DNA of 63,715 nt, the filler included, from Albugo candida (lineage: Eukaryota): assembly GCA_040437565.1 (NCBI GenBank). It is 23 parts of 23 records of this genome, joined end to end, with 100 filler letters (N's around TTAATTAATTAA, not from the genome) between each part and the next. Parts side by side here need not be neighbours in the genome. Positions count along the whole stretch, not along the records: positions 25,768 to 28,446 come from JBDOQK010000272.1; positions 28,547 to 31,214 come from JBDOQK010000273.1; positions 31,315 to 33,957 come from JBDOQK010000274.1; positions 34,058 to 36,697 come from JBDOQK010000275.1; positions 36,798 to 39,434 come from JBDOQK010000276.1; 18 more parts are not named here. One strand, given 5' to 3'. Position 1 is the first letter of the stretch. Each line of letters starts with the position of its first letter. This document shows, one piece after another, positions 25,955 to 37,533 of this stretch. A program made the position numbers and the translations under genes. The notes below the pieces were generated by a model, which did not search any database, was not told the origin of the DNA, and worked only from the letters and a program-made list of their open reading frames with translations.

Positions 25955-26584
25955 TCCCACAATCTAAAAACTTTATTAATTATTAAATATCATAGCATAT
26001 TACGAGGCAAGTCGAATAAAGTAGTATACCCAAGGTTATGTGGGTTCTTTTGGATTATATCCTTAAATCATTCTTATGATGTATATTAAGAGGGGACCGA
26101 ATTTGGGGGCTCCAGGCAAGACTTCAAGTATCCCCTTCAATAATAGGATTTTTAATCTTGAAACTAAAAGACCTGGGGGCGAGGCCCCCGCGTCCCCGGG
26201 TTCCGGGGCGGAGCCCTGGGGACTATATAAATTTAGCTTTGCCAGACTTTAGTCCTTGTCCTCAAGGGCTCCTAAGCAGCGCTCTTAGGGCTGGGGCCTT
26301 TGACTCGGGGCTCTTCGATCTTGATGAGAGGGGATAATATATTAGCCCCCCGGGTCGGGTTCACCCCGTACCTGGGGGGCCGGGGATATTTTTAATATAA
26401 TTGTATTATTATAAATTAAATAGGAAGGATAGTTTATAATTTATAAGTAATAGATTAAACTTATAATAATTAAGTTAAATTTGGTAATACCGAGTACCTA
26501 ACTAGCATATAAGTTATTATCTATTGGGAATAGCCCTATTACTCCGATCTCCCTTAAATTTTGGAGGCTTAACGTTATTAAACT

Positions 26585-27286
26585 ATGACAAATTTATTCA
26601 ACGACTTCTATAAAGCCTTAAAATCCTGGTTAAAATTATCTTCATTTTTAACTTTAACGGTTTCTATCCTTTCTAGCTCAATTAGCTATCTAATTTTCCT
26701 ATCAATCTCATTGTTATTTAATGTAGATTCACCCAGCACGGATGATATCGATATTAAACTACCTCTAAACGAGGCAACAGTGAGAACGAAGGTCTATAAA
26801 AATGTATTAAAAACAGCTGGGGTAAATGTACCCCCTAAAGAGCCTCTATTAGAAATGATTGGTTACCCGCAAGGTAAAATCATCTCCGATATTAATGCAT
26901 TACCTAATAAACCTAATTGGAATAAACCACAAGTCCTAATTAATGAAGAATTAAAAGCCTGTGCTAAAGATATTATTATTTCCCCAGATAATTTATCAAT
27001 CGTAGCTAATGCCCCATTAGAGGGATTAGAAGAATGGTCAAATATCCTTCTAGGTCTTTTTATGCTAAATTTAGCTGTTGTCCTAGGACTACTAGCAATC
27101 TTACTACACTGCTTCATTACAAGATTGAATATCCCGTCTTGGGGTATGGTAGCTAGAAGACCTTTGCTTCAAAAGTGGGTGTATCATATTCAAAAAATTA
27201 GACAAAGAAAAACGAAGTTCTATTTCTTGTTAGCCTTGACTAGTTCAGCTGTAATGCTATACATTCATTTTACCTTACTCCTATAA
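26585..27286 (+). CDS. Orphan mitochondrial ORF233 with about 3 hydrophobic segments
   Basis: Uninterrupted ATG-TAA ORF in AT-rich DNA; I cannot recognise it as any standard mitochondrial gene. Confidence 0.55.
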   Translation: MTNLFNDFYKALKSWLKLSSFLTLTVSILSSSISYLIFLSISLLFNVDSPSTDDIDIKLPLNEATVRTKVYKNVLKTAGVNVPPKEPLLEMIGYPQGKIISDINALPNKPNWNKPQVLINEELKACAKDIIISPDNLSIVANAPLEGLEEWSNILLGLFMLNLAVVLGLLAILLHCFITRLNIPSWGMVARRPLLQKWVYHIQKIRQRKTKFYFLLALTSSAVMLYIHFTLLL

Positions 27287-27394
27287 TGGTATTCATTTTA
27301 CTTTACTCCAATAATAATATTAATTTATATAAATAACCACCCCCCTCCCCTAAACCCCTTATATTAAGAGTTTAGGTAAGGGGGGGCTTTATAA

Positions 27395-27445
27395 GCGAGG
27401 GGGGGCTACGCCCTCCCTTGCAGCGACCGCTACGCGGTCGCCGCT
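27395..27445. repeat. GC-rich double-hairpin element (DHE)
   Basis: Hairpin GCGAGGGGGGGC-TAC-GCCCTCCCTTGC is immediately followed by hairpin GCGACCGC-TAC-GCGGTCGC. Confidence 0.8.
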
Positions 27446-27694
27446 CTTATATATAATAAAAAATTTATAAAACCCCTGTTTAAAAAATGGGGGCGTCGGC
27501 CCCGAGCAATAAACGTTAACCTATTTAGCCCCGCGGGGCGACGTTAGCCCCAAGGGGCATGGGGCCGCCCCGCGGGCCCACGAATAAAATTTAATAAGTT
27601 AACAGAAAATTACTTATGTGAGAAATAAAATATAGGTTATTAATATAATATTACTAATGTGAGAAATAAAATATAGGTTATTAATATAATATTA

Positions 27695-28183
27695 TTAAAG
27701 AGTATCAATAAACCATTGCATTAACAACCCAGTTAATACTACAGCTACAGAACCAAGAAATGGTAAATAAATTTTTTCCATACGAATATCTCGATATTCG
27801 GAAAATTTTGGATCTAATACGGAATTATTACGTAATGCCTTTTTAACCATAACAGCTAAGTCTTCTTCTTCTAAATCATATAATGCGGGTAGGATAAATT
27901 CCTCTTTAATCTCTAAAGGAAGAGGTAATTGCATTAATGCAATTTCTCTTTCTGTTATAAATTTATGAAATTCATCTAGATCCAAAGTAAAACTTTGGGC
28001 GTTAGCAGCTAAAGTAAAAGGATTATATGGACCCTGGTCTTCTGTAGGTAGGTCTTCTGTAAGTAGGTCTTCTGTAGGTAGGTCTTCTGTGTCTTCAATA
28101 AAAGACATAATAACCCAACCTACTAAATTAAACCCAACCATACAAGTAGTAGGAATTAAAATTGTAGTTAATAGTGAAATCAT
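27695..28183 (-). CDS. Orphan mitochondrial ORF162 with hydrophobic ends and a TEDL(P/L) repeat
   Basis: ATG-TAA ORF with a 15-nt internal tandem repeat at about 28036-28090. Confidence 0.5.
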   Translation of the reverse strand: MISLLTTILIPTTCMVGFNLVGWVIMSFIEDTEDLPTEDLLTEDLPTEDQGPYNPFTLAANAQSFTLDLDEFHKFITEREIALMQLPLPLEIKEEFILPALYDLEEEDLAVMVKKALRNNSVLDPKFSEYRDIRMEKIYLPFLGSVAVVLTGLLMQWFIDTL

Positions 28184-28546
28184 TATTTATTAAAATATTT
28201 TAGCCAAAGGCTAATTAATATAAAACATAAGCCTGCTTCATTCATTAAATGAAGAGTGAAGGTATGGAGTTAATCCATTGAGAAATTACCAAACGGCACC
28301 CGGGCCGCTAAACGGTCCGAATTATATTGCCTATTATCATTACTTATAAAAAATTAGCTCTGGCTGGCCCCGCGCGACGTGCGGGGCCTTTGTTAAAATT
28401 TATGTGTTCTCTTTAAAGGGGTTTAGGGGAGGGGGGTGGTTATTTANNNNNNNNNNNNNNNNNNNNNNNNNNNNNNNNNNNNNNNNNNNNTTAATTAATT
28501 AANNNNNNNNNNNNNNNNNNNNNNNNNNNNNNNNNNNNNNNNNNNN

Positions 28547-30318
28547 GTCATCTGTGGTATTGCGTGAAGTTCTGAATACTTTTGTAATGTACCTGATCAA
28601 GCATCAGAGTTTATCTTCGTATTATACTATGAATGCCGCTACTCGATCGTCGTTACAACGAGCTCTGTACAGCATGGGGCAGATTGCAGCAGCTTATACC
28701 AAGAAGTCTGAGATACTGGATTCAAATGGGGGACCCAACATGGAGAATCTTCTTCAGTTGTACCTTGTTTTCCTGAAAAAGCCTGGTGATGAAGCATGCG
28801 TTTGCAAAGCTCTACACGGCGTAAAGTATTTGATCAGGCAGCAGCCAGAGTTCCTTCTTTGTATCCAACAGGAAGGTTTGTTGGGATCGCTGCTCACAGA
28901 TTTTGGAAAGGAGGTGAGCATTCAGTGCTTATTACTTTTCAACGACATCCTGCAATATGAAGAGAATCGACAACTCGAGTATCAGACGGCTACGATGGTG
29001 AAACGATCCAAATCCAAGGAACAAGTCGGTGGTGATCAAGAAGGTCGAGCTTCGCTAATTGGTTCTGTTGCTCAAGCTCAGTTTTGTAATATCCTCAATC
29101 TCTGCACGAGCACCCAAATTCGTATCCGCACGCAAGCAGTTGGATGTGTGTCGACATTACTGAATCAAGGATTAGTCAGTCCTATGCATTGTGTGTCGGC
29201 ATTAGTGACATTGGAAGCAGATCAAGTGCATTCGGTGCAAGAAATAGCCCATGCGCAATTAGTCTCTCTGCACGATCGATATCCGACTCTGTTGTGTGCT
29301 CCATCGATACAAGGAATATGTGAATCATTTGATTTTCAATTGAGAGCTTTCGGACAGGCATCTGTTACGAGGCAAATCAAAGACGGGCAAGATGTGTGTG
29401 TGTATGGTCGACTGTATCAAGATTGCTTCCAGAGCAACAGAGTAGCACGTAACATGTTTCTATCATCAGTGATAAATCAATTTAGTGAAAAAGGAAAAGC
29501 TATCTCACCCAAGATTTCGGCTGATATACAGAGTACACTGTATTATTACAGCTACCTGGTCGAGATTTTAGCTTCATTGCCGTATGAAAAAGAAGACGAA
29601 CCCCTCCATCTGGTACACCTCATCAATCGATTTGTATCGCTTAAGCTCAGGTAACCCGAAATCTTTACTATTCCGACAACGAGGACTGAGTATTCTTGTG
29701 ACTGTAGCATTACCCTCGAAGATATTGCGCACGGATTTATAAAACTCGGTGTTATGAAGGTCTCTAATGGAGATACTTTGGATACGTACCCGATACGCCC
29801 TATGGATATTCAGACTGGCGAGATAGCGACTGCGACAATTCCCATCGAGCTTGAAACAAAATGCTGTAAAGCACTTATCGCGAGCTTACTGATATACTTG
29901 AAAAATCACCTGAAAAGCCTCTATACACTATCCGACGAAATGTGTCAGCTATATTCGCCTGTTAGCGCTTCCAAGGTACATCACAATCCAACGTGTAGTT
30001 CGTTGTTTTGCTAAAGCTACGTCTTTGACAGGCCGCTGTTCAGTCTGTTGCAATCGCGGCCAAATCACTCAAGCTACATCTACCATCAATTGATGAGCTC
30101 GTATCAGCCAGCAATCCGGTTGCGAGAAGCTGGAATTTATTTGCATCAGTCCGAAACACTGCTCGTGACGATCAGAATCAACTCGACTTTGACACCAAGC
30201 CAGTATCGGCGGTGCGTAACCGTAGACGACGTCCGCAAAAGTCACAGAAAGAAGAAAGAGAGATGATCACTTCTGTACACGACATCCATCTACTGGCTAC
30301 GTAAGTAGCATTCGATAA
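28547..30318 (+). CDS. SCC2: Nipped-B/SCC2 cohesin loader, C-terminal part (5' partial)
   Basis: GDQEGRASLIGSVAQ, LLNQGLVSPMHCVSALVTLEAD and LASLPYEKEDEPLHLVHLI (Nipped-B_C domain). Introns 29651-29707 and 29976-30031 give a continuous frame to TAA at 30316-30318. Confidence 0.9.
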
Positions 30319-31314
30319 TGTTGGAGTATTCGAGCTTGCAAAAAGATCTCAAGGCGAATAGCTCCAAAGAGCTTTCTCTGTGGTGTATGTGAGGCATCGC
30401 GGAAAGGAAAATACGAGAAAATCTAAAGCACTGTCAAGCCACTACAGGAAGCGACTTCAAGGGTGCGAAGCAAAAAGGGTCGCCGACACCTACTGTGTGG
30501 GCTGAAGCTAATATCGGCCGCGGATCCACATGAGATCAAAATCAGATCGTTTTCAGTGATGAGAGGGATATGATATCGACAGCCTCGGCAACAAGAGGAC
30601 GTGTTACGCGACGATAAAATAATGATCGATGTGGTACGATCCTGGCAGCGTATAGCACCAAGGAATGATTCATGCGACCCGAAATATAGTATGAGTGCGT
30701 AGTCGTACGTCATCACAATACATTACACTTTTATAAGTATACACTGAAATGAGCTATACCGCGTAATCCTTTGTCGTCACAGTACATTTTACCTCTTCAA
30801 GTATACACTGAAATGAGCTATACTTGATGGGGGAAGAACTGTGAGTGTGCTTGGCGAGTTTGAGCACACACATTTGCGATATGAAGTGTGATAAATGTCG
30901 CTAGTGGAAAAGACGTGTCATTGACCTTTCTTTCCATGATATGGCGCACTACCCTGTGCTTGCATAAACAAGAGTCACCTTGAAGTAGGTACGCAAGTGA
31001 GATTCTTGGCTGCCCGTTTTATCACAGAAGACGGATTTAATTGAGATGGTGTGCCTTGCAACCATTACATCACACGTATCGCTCAAGTGTAAGCTAGCTG
31101 AACTCTAAATCCTAATCAATTAGCTCAAATTTCAGAGTCTCAATGCGTCGGGGTGGCTTTCATAAAACCAGCTCATTTACAAAGCTCAAATGCTATGTTA
31201 ATTTTTGTGGTCGANNNNNNNNNNNNNNNNNNNNNNNNNNNNNNNNNNNNNNNNNNNNTTAATTAATTAANNNNNNNNNNNNNNNNNNNNNNNNNNNNNN
31301 NNNNNNNNNNNNNN

Positions 31315-31420
31315 CTGACAATGAAATGCCATAAACTATCTGACAGTGAAATGCCATAAAAATATCTGACAATGAAATTCTATAAAAACAATTCCGACAA
31401 TGAAATACCATAAACTTTCA
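31315..31420. repeat. Four ~25-bp subterminal repeats (CTGACAATGAAATGCCATAAA) upstream of a transposase
   Basis: Direct inspection; the position is typical of CACTA subterminal repeats. Confidence 0.7.
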
Positions 31421-31969
31421 AAGCGTGAAGGACAAAACTACTGATACTCGATATTCTTTTTCTTTATAAAAAAATGTCTTTTTATACACGTTATTTCTTA
31501 AAAAAAAACGGAAGTAACAGTATTATTATATTGAAATAAAAAGAAAAACATTGCGAGAAATTTCTTTCGTTCACCGCCCAAAAAATTACCATTGTCTAAA
31601 AATGAAATCTTAATCCGGGTGTACAAACAAATACAAAAAGTGCACTGTCCCAAAATTAATTTTTTTGTCCGTGTGTGTACAACATGAATCAAAGTGTATT
31701 GCCCAAAATTACTTTTTTCATCCGAAGGTGTACGATCCACTTTACTTCAATTTTATAGAAAGGCGTAGTCCAAATGTGCCCATGTAACAATGTACACATT
31801 ATTATTAATACAATATCATTTGAAGGTCCAAACGAATTCGTTTAGTATGTTCCAATTAATGACTTTGAATTTGGATCACAGAGAAAAATCTGAGTAAAAT
31901 ATAAAAGCATGTTACTTGTAAAATGATATTCCCTATTTCTTTTCCAAACCCAATTTTTCTAAGTAAAAA

Positions 31970-33957
31970 ATGTCTCCTCAAAGCGCCTTTTCCAAAGCTA
32001 AAATTTTTTCCAAATGCCCAAGTTGTGAAAAGCGCTTTCCTGTCAACCGCGACTTTAAGAATCACACCAGAACATGTGCTGCACAAAAAGCTATTGTATT
32101 AGAACAACAATCTTTTGAAGTTCCTGACAACGATTTTGGTGATGACAGCTATTCTTATGGTGCCGTAGAAGAAACTGAAGAAGCTATCGATATCAACGAA
32201 GAATTCAATGAAAACAATGATGCTGTAAGAAAAGATAAATAATAGCCAACATAAAAAAGATGTGTATAGTTTCTAATTCAAATTAATTGTTATAGATTGT
32301 TCAAAATGTTGAAAGTTCTGAATTTGCTCATCATGATGACTCTATTGTAGATATTCTTCGTAATATCCCTGAAAATACCACCGAAATTTCTGCAAAAACG
32401 GCTATTGCCTTGCGTATTTATTACAGATACTTGAGCACTACAATGACAGTACAAGAGTGTATATCTTCTTTTGAAGATATAAAGTTTACTCTTCAACGTT
32501 ACAAGAGCGAAGAGTTAAAAAACAACTTCGAAAAGCAACGTAAATATTTGAGCAATATTTCTTTTAGTCATTAGTAGTGGTGTATTAACTTTTTTTTTCA
32601 ACCTAGGTAAGGAAGGTAAATTGAGTCAAGATTGGACCCCCGAAAAGATTCAAGAATACATCGACGAAAAAGTTGCTAAAATTGAAGTATCAACCTACAA
32701 TCGTGCTGCGACTACTGTTACGAAGTTAACGAAAGACTTTGTTAAAGTTACAATCTTTAAAGCATGCTACTTTGGGTGTACTCTTTTTAAACTCTCTGAT
32801 CCTGAAGACACTCCTTGTAAATTCTGTGAGGCTGACTTGTTGAATCCAAACAAGAAAAAAAAAGCAAGTAGTTCTGAATCTCCAGAAGATTATTTAGAGA
32901 AGATGCGCTTGTTGACAATCAAGAAACAAATAGTCTATTATGTCAATTTGAAAGAGCAATTAATTTCTTTATTTATTAATGATGATATGCGTGAAGAGTT
33001 AAAATATGGCATGAATTACACTACAAGAGATGGTGTTTATGGTGATGTCTTTGACGGTGAAGTGATCAAGTCTGTAATCGATTGTAACAATGATGGTATG
33101 CAAGTGTCATTAACCAACTATGTCATTTACGTTGGTGTTATGCAAGATGGGTTTGTCAACCATTCAAATTCAAGAAGTTTTACCCTATTTCAAGTCGTTT
33201 GTTACTCCCTTTCGCCTGTGATGAGGTAATTAAATATTTTACTAATATCATCCTTGTAAACATCAGTATACTTACGCTTTTATTTAATAGATATAGAAAC
33301 AGTGCCAAATTTCAAACACATATCTCTCCAGGCCCAAACAAACCTAAAATGAGTACTTACATGAGACCTCTTGCTGAAGAATTAAAGGAATTAGAACAAG
33401 GTTTCACTGTCAAGGTAGGCTCATCATCTTACAAGGTTTTTGTAAAAACTATACTGTGCTTGGGGGATAGTCCTGCTGTCTCCGACGCATTCGAGTTGAA
33501 GGGTGCTGCCAGTTATTATCCTTGTCGTTTTTGTGTTGCTTTGGGAACTCACAAAAAAGAACACATGTGTAAAACAACGTAAGTTCATAAATCATAATAT
33601 TATGTTTACATTTTTTAATTTTACCTGATAATTTAGATATGAACAAAGAAGAAAAGATTTTCCTGTCCCCACTTTGTAAGTTTACTTATTGATTAAAACG
33701 AATTGCTTTCAAGTTTTTATACTTAAATAAATTTCAAAATAGGAACCTTGCTCCAGCAACAAATAACAGAAAAAGAAAATTAAAGTGAGTACATACCAAT
33801 CTGGGTTTATTTATTAATTTTGTTACTGACCATAACTGATTTTAGTAGTAGTAGCAACTTAGTTGATTCTCACACCGGTCCTGAAGAAGCTGAGAAAAAC
33901 TCTAGCAGTGGTATATACCTTTTGACAGCAAGTGATATATTTCCTGAAAGAGATTAT
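31970..33957 (+). mobile_element. CACTA/EnSpm-like transposase with an N-terminal zinc finger, spliced, 3' partial
   Basis: CPSCEKRF...HTRTC, ACYFGCTLF...CKFC, YGDVFDGE, MQDGF, PGPNKPK..YMRPLAEELKELEQG, GDSPAVS, YYPCRFC, with short GT-AG introns. Confidence 0.85.
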
Positions 33958-34057
33958 NNNNNNNNNNNNNNNNNNNNNNNNNNNNNNNNNNNNNNNNNNN
34001 NTTAATTAATTAANNNNNNNNNNNNNNNNNNNNNNNNNNNNNNNNNNNNNNNNNNNN

Positions 34058-35100
34058 CAAGTGCTGGATCGTATAACAACTTTACCAATAGATTTGTCGA
34101 TGCCATGCTAGAGGTAGCTGAAGAGTTGATCACTTGGCCAATTGGCGATGTAGCAAGAGCAAGAAGAAATGCTAGTGAGTTTGCTCTCCTACGTGATATA
34201 GCAAGTCAGAAATCCTTGAAAGATATTATTGGTTGTATTGATGGTAAGCTGGTAAAGATACAAAAGCCGTCAATTGACGGAAACACTTGGATTGATCGCC
34301 ACAATGATCCTTCCATGTCTTTGATGGCTGTGTGCGATGCTAAAACTAGCTACTTGTACGTAAAGACGGGGCATTCAGGTAAATATAGATATAAATACAC
34401 TTACATAAGACACTAAATCCTTTCGACCCCCGTGTTACATAGGACGCAACCATGATGCCAGGGTTTTCACAGGTAGTGTTTTATACCACAAAATACTACT
34501 TGACAATGATCGTTTCTTGCCTGGAAATACATATATCTTAGGTGGTGCGTATTATATAAAATTAGAATGATGGATAGCAATTTACTCAACCTTTATTTCT
34601 CTCATACTGTAGATAGTGCATACCCAATTTCCAAGTGGCTACTTACGCCTTATCCAGTAGACGGTTCAGATGACCAGAAATTATTTAATGCAGTTTTTTC
34701 GGCTTCAAGAATCAAAATTGAACATTCCTTTGGAAGACTAGTTGCAAAATGGAGATTTTTGTATAAGCATGTTTACATGTTAAGCACTGAAAGAATAGCC
34801 AAGACGATTTTAGCATGTTGTGCTTTGCATAACATTTGTATTGAAAATGACATTGCCGCAAGTCTTGCCGTTGCAAATGGAATCGAGATGGACTTTGAGG
34901 CTTACATTCAGCAAAACTCTAGGCCAGAATTGAACAACTTGGAATTTACGGATCTTCCTGCTCAAGCCCCTCCTGTGATTGACACAGCTCTCCGTATCCC
35001 CACTTTGACAGCAGCATTTTTGCGTAATGTAAAAATAGAGGGAGAAGCTCTTCGTCTTCACCTTATGACAGGTTTAGTATCTGGACAATCCTCGGTTTAA
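34058..35100 (+). mobile_element. PIF/Harbinger DDE transposase (DDE_Tnp_4), 5' partial
   Basis: GCIDG, MAVCD, G|RNHDARVF, LG|DSAYP, RIKIEHSFGRLVAKWRFL, ACCALHNIC. Introns 34379-34442 and 34545-34612. Confidence 0.93.
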
Positions 35101-35169
35101 TTAAAGGGAAGATGTATTTTTAATATATTTTATTTAATACAAAGTTTTTATTTTTAACTTTTATTTTTA

Positions 35170-36531
35170 CTATTGTTGTTCATTAGCTTCTTCGTCTTCA
35201 GGTTCTTCTTCTACAGGTAATGATGCTGTAGGAGCAGCGTTAGCACCTCTTCTTGCTCTTACCGAAACAACATTTGTCCAAAATCTTTGGAACTGTTGTC
35301 GTTCTCTTCTCAACAAACTTGCGCTCGAAGCAAGACCTCTTCTTTGATGGCTCATCAAGAACCTTTCTTGACGTCTTTGGCGCCTGTCATTGCTTTCTGA
35401 GATGGCTCTCATTTCTGTGATATGGTTTCCCATAAATGTTGCCATTTGTTGTTGCGAGGTGGCGAACGCAGCTTGATTTCCTTCCAAGAGCGCCGTGATT
35501 CTTTCAAATTGCGTAGGCTCGTCGGTAGTATCACCAGTGGTAGCCTCAGCAGTAGCAGCAGTATCGTCAGTAGTAGTAGTACCATCAGCAGCACCAGTAG
35601 CAGTAGTATTAGCAGCAGAAGTGCGATTACGACCATTATTAGAAAGAGGGAATGGGGCAACGGGAGTGACAGGATCGTCAGGGTTTGGAACAGCAGTGGA
35701 AATAAATTCCTCATTAGGGTCGGTATCAGCAGGTAATGGATGAAGAGGTACTTCACCAGAAGAAGAAGTAACACCCTCAGGATCAAGATAGTTATGTTCA
35801 CCATAAAATTCAAATCTCGCAGCATCAATCACCTCGATTTGGATTTGATCCTGTCTTCCGTAGGGGACGAAGGCAGGATAACGGTTTACATCACCGCTGG
35901 TTGATATCGTAAACTCGTTATCGTGCTCAATACGGTAAATGGTGAATCCCGTTTCATACATGTGCATGGTCTCAATGGTGTAAGCAGGATTTATTGAAGG
36001 GTCATCCTCGGTAATCTTGGCTACTTCATCATAATAAATCCACTCGCGTAAATTGGAAGCACTATTTCCCGTCAATCTGTTTCTATCTCTACGTAACGTA
36101 TAATAGGTCTTCATGCTATTCCACTTTCTCTCAACTTGATCGTCTTGCAATCTCGAGCAGAAATTTCTATAGACTTGAGCAAGTTCTCCGTGTACTGCTC
36201 CCAAATCTACATGACGTGTTAATTCGGACATAATGTACAAACGAGTGTGCTTCCAAACAAGTTCCCTCAAAGGTACTCGAGTACAGTTGTGCAAAAACAT
36301 ATGGGTTCTGAGCATAACTGCAAGAAGAATTGTAATGGCCATGTTTGTCCAGGTGAGGTTTCCTTGTGCTGGAGCAGGTGGTACGTTACTTGAAGAAGGT
36401 CCAGGTGTCGTACGTGGTTGAGATGATGATTGAATAGGAGCATTGAAATCGATAACTCCTTCTCCAGGTAATAAAGGTGCTCCATTTTGTTGGTAGCGGT
36501 TAGTGTTTGATCGTTGTTCGCGTCTACTCAT
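35170..36531 (-). CDS. Harbinger second ORF, Myb/SANT-like (trihelix) DNA-binding protein
   Basis: WTN.AITILL...W...QVERKWNSMKTYY...TGN...WIYYDEV. It is convergent with the transposase, a usual two-gene Harbinger layout. Confidence 0.8.
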   Translation of the reverse strand: MSRREQRSNTNRYQQNGAPLLPGEGVIDFNAPIQSSSQPRTTPGPSSSNVPPAPAQGNLTWTNMAITILLAVMLRTHMFLHNCTRVPLRELVWKHTRLYIMSELTRHVDLGAVHGELAQVYRNFCSRLQDDQVERKWNSMKTYYTLRRDRNRLTGNSASNLREWIYYDEVAKITEDDPSINPAYTIETMHMYETGFTIYRIEHDNEFTISTSGDVNRYPAFVPYGRQDQIQIEVIDAARFEFYGEHNYLDPEGVTSSSGEVPLHPLPADTDPNEEFISTAVPNPDDPVTPVAPFPLSNNGRNRTSAANTTATGAADGTTTTDDTAATAEATTGDTTDEPTQFERITALLEGNQAAFATSQQQMATFMGNHITEMRAISESNDRRQRRQERFLMSHQRRGLASSASLLRRERQQFQRFWTNVVSVRARRGANAAPTASLPVEEEPEDEEANEQQ

Positions 36532-36797
36532 TTAAGGTAAGTATTGATATTTTTTTTAAAAGAAAGAAAGAAACAAAAATTGAAAATAAAAAGAAAGAAA
36601 GAAACAAAAACTGAAAATAAAAAGAAATCTCAATACAATGCAGCTTTATTTTGTAACTTTAGAAAATGATCTTGTGTTCGCTTTTTTTCCTTTCTTGNNN
36701 NNNNNNNNNNNNNNNNNNNNNNNNNNNNNNNNNNNNNNNNNTTAATTAATTAANNNNNNNNNNNNNNNNNNNNNNNNNNNNNNNNNNNNNNNNNNNN

Positions 36798-37533
36798 AAC
36801 GAGAGTATCGTCCACCGAAAAAAGATAAATTTCATAGCAAACACAGCATTGGGCGTAGACTCGGACTCCTTTGGACAATGACGTAAATTCTGTTCTCTTC
36901 TTTAAAGTGGCAATAGCAGCGGGCAAATTTACTTTTGTTGACTTCTTAAGGAATTTCAAGAGATGACCTGCAGCCGAGTGAGGGAGAAAGGTAACATGAA
37001 AAAGCATAACAAAAAACGACATGAACAATTCACCGTTTGGAAGTACAGTAGTATCAGAATTATCTATTTTAATTTTCAAATTAATAAAAGTAATATTTTT
37101 AGTAAAAAAAAAAAAAATTCACGTACCATCATTATTTTCATTAGGTTGATCAACATATGTTTCCATATCAGCTCTATCAATTGGGTCTATGTCTTGACTC
37201 ATTTCAGCCATGGATTGAATTATTTCTTGAATAGAATAATCCTCAGTGTTATGATAGTTTGCTTCTTCTTCCTGGGCAAGAGCTTCTTCTTCATCTTCCA
37301 TATCACTTATTTCAATGTCAGAGTCAAATACATCATCTAATAAAAAAAAATTAATTTTTTTATGAAACATCGGGAAATAATGGGATGATTACCTTCATAA
37401 ATTTGACGACCTACAGAAATATTCTCATTATAGTCATTGTGCATAAATTCTGCGGGAAGAGTAGTTTCAGCTATTTCGTTAAATTCTGACAACATGAGTT
37501 CTTCAGCCTCTTCAGGATCCATAGCAGATTCTA
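36798..37533 (-). mobile_element. N-terminal fragment of a CACTA-like transposase, interrupted by a Helitron
   Basis: Acidic exons, then FFVMLFH...LLKFL...LPAAIATLKKRTEF...YAQCCVCYEIY, resembling the N-terminus of fungal Transposase_21 proteins. Confidence 0.6.

Larger units (their letters stand above)
25768..28446. other. Fungal mitochondrial DNA fragment (AT-rich spacers, GC-rich hairpin clusters, tRNA, orphan ORFs)
   Basis: Organellar-type tRNA-Asp, GC palindromes in AT-rich DNA and TTA-rich intronless ORFs. Confidence 0.8.

Noticed and set aside
28200..28330. Minus-strand AAGCAGGCTTA resembling the mitochondrial RNase P RNA 3' motif
   Set aside because: No matching 5' GGAAAGTC-type P4 motif was found in the contig.
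30735..30823. Two 25-bp direct repeats 39 nt apart (mini-CRISPR-like)
   Set aside because: Only two copies, in a eukaryotic context, with no cas genes; it is a simple local duplication.
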